Positions 18,901-27,889 of a stretch of DNA of 64,000 bases are shown in pieces. The DNA is taken from positions 256,001 through 320,000 of the forward strand of contig JBOEGF010000010.1 of NCBI GenBank assembly GCA_050633305.1. Direction: 5' to 3'. Made by a program: the position numbers and the translations under genes. The notes under the pieces were generated by a model. It saw only the letters and a program-made list of their open reading frames with translations. It did not search any database and had not been told where the DNA came from. Within the stretch, counting starts at the first letter, position 1; each line of letters opens with the position of its first letter. The stretch comes from Nannocystales bacterium (GTDB lineage Bacteria > Myxococcota_A > Polyangia > Nannocystales > Nannocystaceae).

Positions 18901-20105
18901 TTGCGCATCAGGCAGTACAAAGAGGTGGTGTAGTTGTGGAACTCGTTGTGACCGGCCAGCTCCGTAAACTCGCCGAACCCGTACATCCCTAGCCACGGAA
19001 CCGGCTTTCCCCCGGTGAGCGGGTGCTGCATGCGGGCGACGATCTCGTCCTTCATCACGCGGCCAAAAAGGAACCTTCCACGCGCGGCGCAGTCCGTATG
19101 CAGGACGGCGACGGGAGTGCGGTCGCCGGTCTGTTCCCGGAGCCGGCCGATCAGGCCCTCGAGGCCGCTGAAGATGAGGCTCTCGTCCCGCTCCATCAAA
19201 GTGAGCTTGGTGCCTTCGGGCACATCCACGGGGAGGTAGAAGCTGCCGTCGGCCTCCGTCTTCGCAATGACACGCAGGATGTGCGGGTTGTCGTTGGCGT
19301 CCCGTTGCTCGCCCGTGACTTCCACTCCGACCCCCGCGATAGGAATCATCGGCCCAGGGTGGGAATCCTCCGGCTGACCGAGCGCTTCCATGAGCACAGG
19401 CCAGCCCGGCTTGCCCTCGAGCTCGTAGACTCGGTTGCCTTCGCTGCGCGTCACTTCGAACGGCCGCCCCACCGGGACGCTGCCATGGTGTGCGCCTTGG
19501 ACCAGTTCCAGCGTTGGGTCGGCGATCCCGACGGCGACGGCCCCTCGTTCGAAGACCTGTTCTCCGAAGAACTGGAACGTGCTCTGCGCCTGCATGTTGT
19601 CGGAACTGGTTCCGCCGATCACGCGCACATCCTTGCCGAGCGCGGCTTCGAGTCCTCCGATCGCCTGATCGGCCGCAATGTCGATGCCTGAGGCAAGCAG
19701 ATAGACCGTGTGCACATCCTTGCCGAGCGCGGCCTCGAGCTCGTGACCCATTCGTTCCGCTTCGGCGCGGGAGTTCTCGCCGCGGATGTTGTCGCTGTGG
19801 GTGATATGGAAGTCCGTCGCCGGGCCCTTGACGAAGATCATCGCGAGACCTTTGAGCGTCTCGTTTGCGCCCTCTTTCCCGATGACGCCCGCGCAGGTGC
19901 ACCCCGCAACCTTTGCGTCGGGGCAACGCTTCCGGATCGTCGCGAGCAGCGTCTCGAAGTCATGCCCGACCGTGGTGTGGAACATGATGAGGTCGCAGTC
20001 GGCCTCACCACCCTCAAACGCGATGTCAAAGCACTCGCTCACGGCACGCTGGCCGTCGACGGAGCCACTCATGGCGGATGTGAACTCGAGCACCGGAGCA
20101 ATCAT
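18897..20105 (-). CDS. FIST N/C domain sensor protein (NosP-like)
   Basis: GCTCAGVIG, IGGTSSD, VTRSEGNRVYELEGKP, DCAARG, GMYGFGE, FHNYT. Confidence 0.9.
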   Translation of the reverse strand: MIAPVLEFTSAMSGSVDGQRAVSECFDIAFEGGEADCDLIMFHTTVGHDFETLLATIRKRCPDAKVAGCTCAGVIGKEGANETLKGLAMIFVKGPATDFHITHSDNIRGENSRAEAERMGHELEAALGKDVHTVYLLASGIDIAADQAIGGLEAALGKDVRVIGGTSSDNMQAQSTFQFFGEQVFERGAVAVGIADPTLELVQGAHHGSVPVGRPFEVTRSEGNRVYELEGKPGWPVLMEALGQPEDSHPGPMIPIAGVGVEVTGEQRDANDNPHILRVIAKTEADGSFYLPVDVPEGTKLTLMERDESLIFSGLEGLIGRLREQTGDRTPVAVLHTDCAARGRFLFGRVMKDEIVARMQHPLTGGKPVPWLGMYGFGEFTELAGHNEFHNYTTSLYCLMRK

Positions 20106-20207
20106 AAGGTTGTGCTCGGGTCAGGCGGCGGTCCGATTTGCGCCTTGCGCAGACACTTCCGCGGGTGTTCCGGGTGCGACGGATGTGCTCCGAGCACTGG
20201 AATCAAT

Positions 20208-20233
20208 TTGACCAAGGGTCCATTTTCGGTCAA
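20208..20233. promoter_or_regulatory. Inverted repeat, probable TetR operator in the divergent promoter region
   Basis: TTGACC-N14-GGTCAA in an AT-rich patch 11 bp upstream of the tetR ATG. Confidence 0.55.
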
Positions 20234-20244
20234 TTAGTCATTGC

Positions 20245-20946
20245 ATGGTTCGCGAAGATCCGGGAGTCCGTCGTTCGAGGCTGCTCGACGCGGCGGCGGC
20301 GTTGTTCGTCCGGCATGGGTTCGACAAGACGACGGTGTCAGACGTCGCCACCGAAGCGGGGGTGGGTAAGGGCTCGGTTTATCTGCACTTCTCGAGCAAG
20401 GAGGCGTTGCTCGAGGCGCTGATGCTGCGGGAGCTGCATGCGCTCTCGGAGGCCTGGTTCGAGGCCGTCATGGCCGATCCCCGAGGCGGCACGCTCGGTG
20501 GGATGTACAAGGCCACGCTTCAGGGGCTGCACAGCAGCCCCTTCATGTCCCGACTGATGAGGAAGGATTCGACCTTGTTGGGCCGGTACGTCCGTCGACC
20601 CGGGAACGTCTTTCAGGCGGCGAGTCGAGGGCACCAAACCCGGCATGAGGTCATCGGCATGATGCAGCGGGCTGGTGCGGTTCGAGATGACATCGATGCC
20701 AAAGTCGTCGCGCACATCATGAACATGATCTCCTACGGGATGGTCAGCCTCGATGGGGTCGTGCCGCCGGAGGAGATCCCATCACTCGAAGACACCCTCG
20801 ACGGCATCGCGATCATCATGGACCGAGCGCTGACACCCCGGGGGGTCCGAGCGGCGAGCGATGCGGGCAAGGCTGTTCTGGAAGAGGTCTTCACCGCCGG
20901 ACGTGTCCATCTGGCCGCCATGCTCGAAGCACAGGAGACGCCATGA
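20245..20946 (+). CDS. TetR/AcrR family transcriptional regulator
   Basis: LLDAAAALFVRHGFDKTTVSDVATEAGVGKGSVYLHFSSKEAL. Confidence 0.95.
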   Translation: MVREDPGVRRSRLLDAAAALFVRHGFDKTTVSDVATEAGVGKGSVYLHFSSKEALLEALMLRELHALSEAWFEAVMADPRGGTLGGMYKATLQGLHSSPFMSRLMRKDSTLLGRYVRRPGNVFQAASRGHQTRHEVIGMMQRAGAVRDDIDAKVVAHIMNMISYGMVSLDGVVPPEEIPSLEDTLDGIAIIMDRALTPRGVRAASDAGKAVLEEVFTAGRVHLAAMLEAQETP

Positions 20947-21806
20947 TCGTCGTAGAGAATCTGTCGTTCACGTACCCCGGAGCGCCCAACCCCACCCTCG
21001 AGAGCCTTGATTTCGAGATCGCAGACGGTGAGATCCTCGGCTTCCTCGGCCCTTCAGGTGCGGGAAAGTCGACGACCCAGCGCATCCTCATCGGCTTGTT
21101 GGAAGGCTACGGAGGCCGTGCCGAAGTGATGGGCAAAGAAGTGCGGGACTGGGGCCCCTCGTTCTACGAGACGATTGGCGTCAGCTTCGAGTTGCCCAAC
21201 CACCACCAACGGCTCACGGCACTCGAGAACCTCCAGCACTTCGGCGCGCTGTACAAAGGCCCGCTGCTCGACCCCATGGAGGTGCTGCGTTGGGTCGACC
21301 TCGACGCAGATGCAGACAAACGGGTCTCCGACTTCAGCAAGGGCATGAAGATTCGGCTCAACGTGGCGCGGAGCCTGCTGCATCGTCCCAAGCTTCTCTT
21401 CCTCGACGAGCCGACCAGTGGTCTCGACCCCGTCAACGCAAAGCGGGTCAAAGACCTGGTGCGTCGACTCCAGGCGGAGGGGACGACGGTGTTTGTGACG
21501 ACGCACGACATGTCCGTGGCCGAGGCCCTTTGCGATCGGGTGGCGTTCATCTGCGACGGTGGTATCGCGGCGCTCGACAGCCCCGCCGCCCTCGAGAAGC
21601 GATACGGATCTCGCACGGTTGCCGTCGAGTGGCAGCGACCCTCGGGCGAGCTCGAGACGGAGACGTTCCCCATGGACGAACTGGGAAACAACGTCCGATT
21701 TCTCGAGTTGCTGCAGGGGGGGGCGCACATCGAGACACTGCACTCCCAGGAGACCACGCTCGAGAACGTGTTCATCGAGGTCACCGGGCAGAGGCTTCAG
21801 GCATGA
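20943..21806 (+). CDS. ABC exporter ATP-binding subunit (Rv2688c-like)
   Basis: Walker A GPSGAGKST, FSKGM signature, LFLDEPTSGLD, TTH. Confidence 0.92.
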   Translation: MIVVENLSFTYPGAPNPTLESLDFEIADGEILGFLGPSGAGKSTTQRILIGLLEGYGGRAEVMGKEVRDWGPSFYETIGVSFELPNHHQRLTALENLQHFGALYKGPLLDPMEVLRWVDLDADADKRVSDFSKGMKIRLNVARSLLHRPKLLFLDEPTSGLDPVNAKRVKDLVRRLQAEGTTVFVTTHDMSVAEALCDRVAFICDGGIAALDSPAALEKRYGSRTVAVEWQRPSGELETETFPMDELGNNVRFLELLQGGAHIETLHSQETTLENVFIEVTGQRLQA

Positions 21807-22531
21807 CACGGATGCTTGCCGCCCTCCGCACCGATGTCGCACTGCAGGCCCGAAACGGACTGTATGCGATCTCTGCTGTCTTCTCGGCGATCATGGCCGC
21901 CGCGCTCATCTGGCTGTCGTCAGCGTCCTCGCTACAACGCACCGTCCCGATGGGGATTCTGTTCGTGGTCGGGGGGTCGACCCTGATGTACGTCGTCGCG
22001 ATGGTGCTGCTCGAGCGCGACGACGGCACCCTCGAAGCCGTGTCGGTCTCGCCCCTTCGACCCCAGGAATACCTCGCCGCCAAGGTCGTTTCACTCAGCG
22101 GCCTCGCGGTGTTCGAGGGCCTCGTTCTCGTGGGCGTCGCGGTGGTGTGGCTCGACCGCAGCTCCCTCGGTGGCGCGACGACGCCGCTGCTCATTGCGGG
22201 CCTCGTCGGACTCGGTGTGCTGCACACCCTCGTCGGCATCATCATCGTCGTCCGCTACAGCCGGATCATGGAGGCGTTGATGCCGATGGGACTGGTCGCC
22301 GTCGTGTTTCAGGTCCCCGCGCTCTACTTCATTGGCGCGCTTCCCAGCCGGGTGGCCCTCGTCGTCCCGTCTGCAGCTCCGGCCATGCTCGTACGCGCTG
22401 CGTTCGTTCCCCTCGAAGGGTGGGAGTGGACCTACGCACTGGTCGGCACGGGGCTCTCGACCGTCCTCGCCGCGATCTGGGCTCACCGTGCTTTCGTACA
22501 CCACATCATCCGCAAAGGCGTGCGCGCATGA
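21803..22531 (+). CDS. ABC exporter permease subunit
   Basis: ATGA overlap; multiple TM helices; LLERDDGTLEAVSVSPL...YLAAK. Confidence 0.85.
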   Translation: MTRMLAALRTDVALQARNGLYAISAVFSAIMAAALIWLSSASSLQRTVPMGILFVVGGSTLMYVVAMVLLERDDGTLEAVSVSPLRPQEYLAAKVVSLSGLAVFEGLVLVGVAVVWLDRSSLGGATTPLLIAGLVGLGVLHTLVGIIIVVRYSRIMEALMPMGLVAVVFQVPALYFIGALPSRVALVVPSAAPAMLVRAAFVPLEGWEWTYALVGTGLSTVLAAIWAHRAFVHHIIRKGVRA

Positions 22532-23286
22532 CCTCCATCGTTTCTATCCTCGGTCACCTCCTGCGCAACGACGCCCGACTGATCGCGCGCGACAAGATGC
22601 TTGGAACGATGACCGTGGTCGTGTTGTGCATGGGTGTGGGCATGCGCTACGGGCTGCCGGCGGTGGATGCTGCGTTGGCGAGCAGTGGGGTGATGCCTTC
22701 GGCGAGTTCAAGCCTTCGGTTCTCCGACACGTATCCCGCGTTTGCCGTGTTCATCGCGCTGTGGCAGGGCGCGAACTTCCCCGGTATCGTGTTTGGCTTC
22801 GTCCTCCTGGGGGAGAAGGAGGACAACACTCTGGAGGCGATGCGCGTCACGCCGCTGTCCCTGAAACGCTACGCCGGCTACCGAGTCGCGGTGTCGGCCG
22901 TCGCGGCGTTTGTGATCATCGTCTACCTTGCGCTGTCGATGGGCATCGCACAGCTTCCGCTGCTGCAGCTGTTGCCGTTCGCCGCGGGGGCATCTCTCAC
23001 GGCACCGCTGTCGCTGCTGGCCTACGCAACGTTTGCCGACAACAAGATTCAGGGGCTCGCCTACACCAAGTTCGGTGGACTGGCGGGCCTGCTCATCCTC
23101 GTGGGGTACTTCGTACCCGGTCCCTGGCAGTGGCTGCTCGGGGTTTTCCCCCCGTTTCTGGTCGCCAAAGGCTACTGGATGGCGCTGGAGGGGAACGTCG
23201 CAGCGGTTGCGCCCCTGCTCATCGGGGTCGTTCTCCAGCTCGTGCTGATCCGGGTCTTGCTTCGGCGGCTCAACGCCGCGACGTGA
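22528..23286 (+). CDS. ABC exporter permease subunit (second)
   Basis: ATGA overlap; LLGEKEDNTLEAMRVTPL, ADNKIQGLAYTK. Confidence 0.85.
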   Translation: MTSIVSILGHLLRNDARLIARDKMLGTMTVVVLCMGVGMRYGLPAVDAALASSGVMPSASSSLRFSDTYPAFAVFIALWQGANFPGIVFGFVLLGEKEDNTLEAMRVTPLSLKRYAGYRVAVSAVAAFVIIVYLALSMGIAQLPLLQLLPFAAGASLTAPLSLLAYATFADNKIQGLAYTKFGGLAGLLILVGYFVPGPWQWLLGVFPPFLVAKGYWMALEGNVAAVAPLLIGVVLQLVLIRVLLRRLNAAT

Positions 23287-23370
23287 ACTTCCCGCGGATT
23301 CGACTTATGTGTGGTCGGCACCCCCCGCTGACCTTGAAGTGCGACACGCTCAGCAGGTATCTGCAACGTG

Positions 23371-24393
23371 ATGGAGGCGCGGCAATCTCGGTATGACATC
23401 CCAGCGTACACCGAGGGGTGGTTTCAGATCGCATGGACGAAGGACTTGGGTCGTGGCGAACTCAAGAAGGTGCGGCAGTTCGGCCACGACTACACGCTCT
23501 TCCGCGGCCAAGACGGCAAGGTCGGCCTGATCGACGACGTCTGTCCGCACCTGGGCGCACACTTCTCCGAAGGCGGGTGCGTCAAGGGCAACGCGGTGCG
23601 CTGTCCCTATCACGCGTGGAAGTTCGATCGCTCCGGTGCGTGCGTCGAGATCCCTTACGCAAAGAAGATCCCGAAGAAGGCCAAGGTCGGCTCCTACACG
23701 GTCGTGGAGAAGCACGGGCTGATCTTCATGTACCGGGACAAGGCTGGCACCCGACCCGACCCCCAACTCCCGCCGATTCACGATTTCCACGTCGGCGACT
23801 ACGTTGAAGCCTCGACCTACGAGTTCAAGATCCGCATCCACGGGCAGGACATCATGGAGAACTCGGTCGACAGCCCGCACTTCGCGGCCGTCCACGGGCA
23901 TGCAATGCCCACCAACGACTTCTTCACCGAGAAAGACGAGCTTCGGGTCGACCAGACCTCGTCGGTGCATCGGTTCGGTCAGACGCTGCACTTCAAGATC
24001 GAATTCCACATGGTGGAGCCCGGGTTCCACTACCTGTACTTTCCCAAGCTCCCCGGCGGCGAGGCGTTCGTGTTCAGCTCGATCGTCCCCGTGGATGAGG
24101 AGTTCACCAACCATCGTCTCACCGTGATGGTCAAGCGGAGCCGGATCCCCGGCTACTCGAGGATCCTGCAACGGTTCATCACCTGGCAGATGATGAAGAC
24201 CTACAAAGAAGACATGCAGATCTGGGAGCACAAGGAGTATCACTCGCGCCCCGTGCTCTGCGACGGCGACGGGTCGATCATGAAGCTGCGCAAGTGGTAC
24301 GCGCAGTTCTACGAGCCTCAGGACGACGCGCCGTCAAGTACCGCGAAGCGGTCCCACGCGCTGGGTGTCGTCTCGCCGGTGCAGGACTCGTAG
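23371..24393 (+). CDS. Rieske non-heme iron oxygenase, KshA/Neverland (steroid-acting) type
   Basis: CPHLGAH...CPYHAW Rieske ligands; ENSVDSPHFAAVH Fe site; C-terminal DMQIWEHK...PVLCDGDGSI...RKWYAQFY. Confidence 0.85.
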   Translation: MEARQSRYDIPAYTEGWFQIAWTKDLGRGELKKVRQFGHDYTLFRGQDGKVGLIDDVCPHLGAHFSEGGCVKGNAVRCPYHAWKFDRSGACVEIPYAKKIPKKAKVGSYTVVEKHGLIFMYRDKAGTRPDPQLPPIHDFHVGDYVEASTYEFKIRIHGQDIMENSVDSPHFAAVHGHAMPTNDFFTEKDELRVDQTSSVHRFGQTLHFKIEFHMVEPGFHYLYFPKLPGGEAFVFSSIVPVDEEFTNHRLTVMVKRSRIPGYSRILQRFITWQMMKTYKEDMQIWEHKEYHSRPVLCDGDGSIMKLRKWYAQFYEPQDDAPSSTAKRSHALGVVSPVQDS

Positions 24394-24496
24394 CGTAGCG
24401 TGGCTCGGCAGGGTCCGGACGCGACACCTGGCGTCTGCGGGCCGGTCGCATCTGGAGCTGCTGAGACCGATCGTATACGAAACCGCGGCTCACGGC

Positions 24497-25075
24497 TCAG
24501 AGGGGGACGGCGCTGATGTATTCCCACGCTTCTTCGTCGAAGTCGGGAAAGCAGACCTTGCACGTTCCCGCTTTTGAGATGTCGTGGACCTCGGCGCGGC
24601 CGTCGCCATCGAGGCGGCCACGGCGCGTTCGGCCATCCGGGTCGAGGAGTTGATAGGCGACATGCGGAATCGGCTCGTCATCTTCACCGACCAACTCGAT
24701 CACCACGGAATGCATGGCGACGATTTCGCTCTCTTCGGCGGAGAGTTCCGAGAGGTCGACGGGATCGGCGCTGTCTCCAACGCGCGAGTGAAACCCGGAC
24801 CAGGTCTCGTAGACGAGTCTTCCTCGCGCGAGGGCTCGTAGAATCTCCTCCTGCACGTTCGGAGGATGAGAGTCTGTGAGGCCGACGAGTTCGGCCAATG
24901 CGCGGCATCCCGTGGGCTGGCTTGTGCATGCAAACACATCCAATTCCACCGCTCGTGGCACGTCGATGACTCGCGGAGTCGTATCTACAGACTCCATGAT
25001 CCATCCGAACGCGGTCTGAACCCGGCGGGGCAACAGTGCCAAGCGTATGGGCAGAGTCCGACCCCATTCAATCAC
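24497..25075 (-). CDS. Hypothetical protein with a C-terminal carboxypeptidase-regulatory/transthyretin-like domain
   Basis: VIELVGEDDEPIPHVAYQLLDPDGRTRRGRLDGDGRA...GTCKVCFPDFDEEAW; start uncertain. Confidence 0.6.
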   Translation of the reverse strand: MIEWGRTLPIRLALLPRRVQTAFGWIMESVDTTPRVIDVPRAVELDVFACTSQPTGCRALAELVGLTDSHPPNVQEEILRALARGRLVYETWSGFHSRVGDSADPVDLSELSAEESEIVAMHSVVIELVGEDDEPIPHVAYQLLDPDGRTRRGRLDGDGRAEVHDISKAGTCKVCFPDFDEEAWEYISAVPL

Positions 25076-25159
25076 GGCTTGATGTCAGGGCATTGCTGCG
25101 CCCCCTACCGTGTCGCGAGAGTCTCGCGCGGCCAGCCCGTGAGCCTGCGGGGGGGGACC

Positions 25160-26248
25160 TCAGTGCAGCTGCGCCGTCGCGCCTTCGAACAACGCCACAG
25201 TTTCCTCTTCGGGCATCCGTCTCAGAGACAACAATGCCGACGCCTCCGTGGCCGCAGCGAGCTCCGCGTTCGCCGTCGTGACGATCCACTGCACACGTGG
25301 AAGCGTCGCTCGTAGCGTGCTCACCAGCTCTCGCGCAACCTCGGGGGGTTGATGCAGATCGATCTCATCGATTGCAACAACCCCTGTCGAGGTCCGTGGA
25401 TCCTGTCCGGGATAGGCCGCCCAGAGCATGCGCACTGGAATCGTGGCGATCGTCAGTAGGTGACGAACGTGGTTCGGCAGTCGGTCGAAAATGCAGACAT
25501 TGCCCGCCGGAGTGGTGAACGACGGTTCGAGCGAGACCGGGTCGACGCCATCGTAGGCGTACCCGACCAGGTCGAGGACGGCGCCTATCGCGTCGCGCAT
25601 CGCGTTGCCCAACAGACGTGTGTCCCAGGGACGGGTGCTGGACTCACGCAGGCGGTTGCGTTCGCGCTGCGTGCTGGGGGCGACCGCGGAGGAAACCTCG
25701 GCGTACGCGATCGCGAGCTTGGTGTCTCGGGTGCTCTCGGAGCGCGAGGCGTCGTCGAAGGTGGACGACGTTTTGACGTCGTAGTGCGCCACTGTGCGCA
25801 GGGGGGCGTGGAGTGACACCGCTTGGGGCGAGTACCACCGGGCCGCAGGAATCACGGTGAAGACAAAGCCTCCGCGTTCCTTGGCCTGCTTGTCGAACAT
25901 CGCTTGTTCTCTTCGCTGCAGTGCGGAGGCCTCTTCGTCGGGTCCGCGAGTTCGCATGTTGGGGGTGCAGACCACCAGAGGGTGTGGGCGCTCTGGGTCG
26001 TCGTCGCCCAGGTGCCAGTGACACATGGCCTGGGCTGGAGCGGTGGCGCCAGGCATCGAACGCCCGAGCAGGGCAACTGCGTGTCCAGGGCGAGTGGAGG
26101 ACAGCACCCGCAGCAGCGCGGTCTTGCCGACTCCACCGGCCCCATGCACCACGGTCACCATCCGGGGCTCACCGTCGATGTCACAGAATGGCACGTCCAG
26201 GGTGCCGAACGGTGACACGCCGAAGAGCTGAGCCCGAGTCAGATACAT
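25160..26248 (-). CDS. AAA_21/ABC-type ATPase with degenerate motifs
   Basis: Walker A GAGGVGKT; Walker B VVAIDEIDLH; QWIVTT. Confidence 0.75.
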   Translation of the reverse strand: MYLTRAQLFGVSPFGTLDVPFCDIDGEPRMVTVVHGAGGVGKTALLRVLSSTRPGHAVALLGRSMPGATAPAQAMCHWHLGDDDPERPHPLVVCTPNMRTRGPDEEASALQRREQAMFDKQAKERGGFVFTVIPAARWYSPQAVSLHAPLRTVAHYDVKTSSTFDDASRSESTRDTKLAIAYAEVSSAVAPSTQRERNRLRESSTRPWDTRLLGNAMRDAIGAVLDLVGYAYDGVDPVSLEPSFTTPAGNVCIFDRLPNHVRHLLTIATIPVRMLWAAYPGQDPRTSTGVVAIDEIDLHQPPEVARELVSTLRATLPRVQWIVTTANAELAAATEASALLSLRRMPEEETVALFEGATAQLH

Positions 26249-26267
26249 CGCGCCTCGAGTGTACCGC

Positions 26268-27008
26268 TCACCGGACGCTCATGCTGATGATGCGGGTGAG
26301 CAGCGGAAACTCGGCGAGATAGGCTTCACCGTCGGTACTGAGCTTCCCCTGAGACGGGCCTCGTCCTCGGGGACCTCCTTCCCCGTAACCCGTGTAGATC
26401 TGGTCCACGATGTCCATGCCCTCGACGACGTGCCCGATCGGAGTGAACCCCATGGTGTCCAGCTGAGGGTTGTCAGCGAGGTTGATGAACAGCTGCGTCG
26501 TCGCGGTGTCGGGCTGAGAAGTCTTGGCGAAGACGACCGTTCCCCGGAGGTTCGAGGTGGTCACGGGGTCGTCAGAGATCGTCGCGGACTTCCACAACCG
26601 ATTCACCTCGGGGTCTCCGTGGACACCGAACTGGACCATGAACCCTGCGATCGCCCGGTAGAACGTTGCGTTGTCGTAGTAGCCAAGCATCGCGAGGTTG
26701 TAGAAACGGTGGGCGCCATGCGGTGCTTGGTTGCTGTCCACACGGATGACGAACTTCCCCACGCTGGTCTCGACGGCTGCCTCGTAGTGTGGAGGCGGCT
26801 GGAGGGTCGCGTTCTCGGGATGGGGTCGGGGCCTAACCGCGGGGGGCGCAGAAGCGGGCGCTGCTCGGGCCGGGGCGGGCTGGGCGTCGGCGGCTCGCGC
26901 CAGCCGGGGTTCCGCGGGCGCCGCCGGGGGAACCGGACTCGGAGCCGGTGTCGGCGGGGCGCTTGTGCAGCCCGAGAATGCGAGACAGAGCAGCCCCAAG
27001 CGACGCAT
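26268..27008 (-). CDS. Cyclophilin-type peptidyl-prolyl isomerase lipoprotein
   Basis: Lipobox FSG-C; FYRAIAGFMVQFG, RGTVVFA, ATTQLFINLADN. Confidence 0.92.
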   Translation of the reverse strand: MRRLGLLCLAFSGCTSAPPTPAPSPVPPAAPAEPRLARAADAQPAPARAAPASAPPAVRPRPHPENATLQPPPHYEAAVETSVGKFVIRVDSNQAPHGAHRFYNLAMLGYYDNATFYRAIAGFMVQFGVHGDPEVNRLWKSATISDDPVTTSNLRGTVVFAKTSQPDTATTQLFINLADNPQLDTMGFTPIGHVVEGMDIVDQIYTGYGEGGPRGRGPSQGKLSTDGEAYLAEFPLLTRIISMSVR

Positions 27009-27115
27009 GTGGGCAATTTACAAGGATCTCTCGGCGAAGGGGGCCTACCGGTCGATCCGGACCGGGCCGGGGTTCGTATCGTGGCAGAGACTCTTGTAGG
27101 GTTTCGTTCTTTACC

Positions 27116-27835
27116 GTGTCTTTCCTTGCTCATCGCCGGTTTCGCCGAGCTCACGCGTTGCTCCTGTGCACGTTGTGGCTCGTCGGATTCGAGATTGGGC
27201 CGGGCCTACATGTCGCGCTCCACTCCGTCATCGGGCACCACCACCATGGCCCCGCGACGGCTGCGCACGAGCACCCGCGGACAGCGGCTGCGGTCGACCG
27301 TGGAGAGGCGGAGCATCACGAGCACGCGCACCGCGAGGGCTCGCACCATGGGGACGAGCCCTCGCACCATGAACACCACGGGCACGAACCCGCGCACCAT
27401 GGGGACGAGCCCTCGCACCACGGGCACCATGGGGACGGGAGCTCGCGCCATGGACACCACGGGGATGAGCCCGCGCACCACGGGGACGAGCTCTCGGATG
27501 GCCACGATGAGCCCGAGGCGCACCATGCTCATGCCGCGGTCGAGGAACACGTCGGGGTCGAGGAGCAGGCCGCCACCGACGATGCTCCCGAGCATCCAGC
27601 GCCGCTGTTGGGTCGTGAAGACGAGGCAGCCGTCGCTCGATGTCTCAACGACCCAAGCCACGGCGCACATGCTTTCGTCCACCGTGGGACGGCGGCGAGC
27701 CCCACCCCGGAAGCATGGCCACCCGTTGCGGCGGCTCCGTGGGTCTACCTGAGCCGAGCTTCGTTCGCGCTCGAACCGATTCGCTCTCGAGCACCGCAGT
27801 GTGTGCGTGCGCGGGGCCCTCCGAACCTGAGCTGA
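27116..27835 (+). CDS. His-rich leader protein with an N-terminal hydrophobic segment and a C-terminal RGPP motif (putative arrest peptide)
   Basis: GTG 27116 (start inferred); basic and hydrophobic N-terminus; HHGDEP repeats; ends RARGPPNLS-stop. Confidence 0.7.
   Translation: MSFLAHRRFRRAHALLLCTLWLVGFEIGPGLHVALHSVIGHHHHGPATAAHEHPRTAAAVDRGEAEHHEHAHREGSHHGDEPSHHEHHGHEPAHHGDEPSHHGHHGDGSSRHGHHGDEPAHHGDELSDGHDEPEAHHAHAAVEEHVGVEEQAATDDAPEHPAPLLGREDEAAVARCLNDPSHGAHAFVHRGTAASPTPEAWPPVAAAPWVYLSRASFALEPIRSRAPQCVRARGPPNLS
27342..27492. repeat. Degenerate tandem repeats encoding HHGDEPS/A units
   Basis: Recurring gcacca(t/c)gggga(c/t)gagcc units. Confidence 0.8.
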
Positions 27836-27889
27836 ACAACCCAGCTCATTTTCTGACGACTCCACGCTTTTCTCGAGAGGGGGGCTTCC

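Noticed and set aside
18901..19926. N-terminal 342 aa of the 817-aa kinase ORF in the track
   Set aside because: Arg-rich shadow frame overlapping the FIST gene; the real start is most likely GTG 18900
21290..22527. Long N-terminal extensions of the permease ORFs (413 and 575 aa) suggesting frameshifts or fusions
   Set aside because: Explained by ATGA-coupled starts at 21803 and 22528; the extensions are off-frame reads of upstream genes
7505..23286. Quinolone-resistance island (pentapeptide protein plus Rv2686c-2688c-like ABC exporter)
   Set aside because: The genes are about 13 kb apart with unrelated genes between them, there are no mobility signs, and family membership does not establish substrate
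16405..26248. Nuclease plus ATPase anti-phage system
   Set aside because: The thermonuclease is an exported lipoprotein 8 kb from the ATPase; they are not an operon
27342..27492. CRISPR-like repeat array
   Set aside because: Repeats are in-frame coding units without unique spacers of constant length; no cas genes in the window
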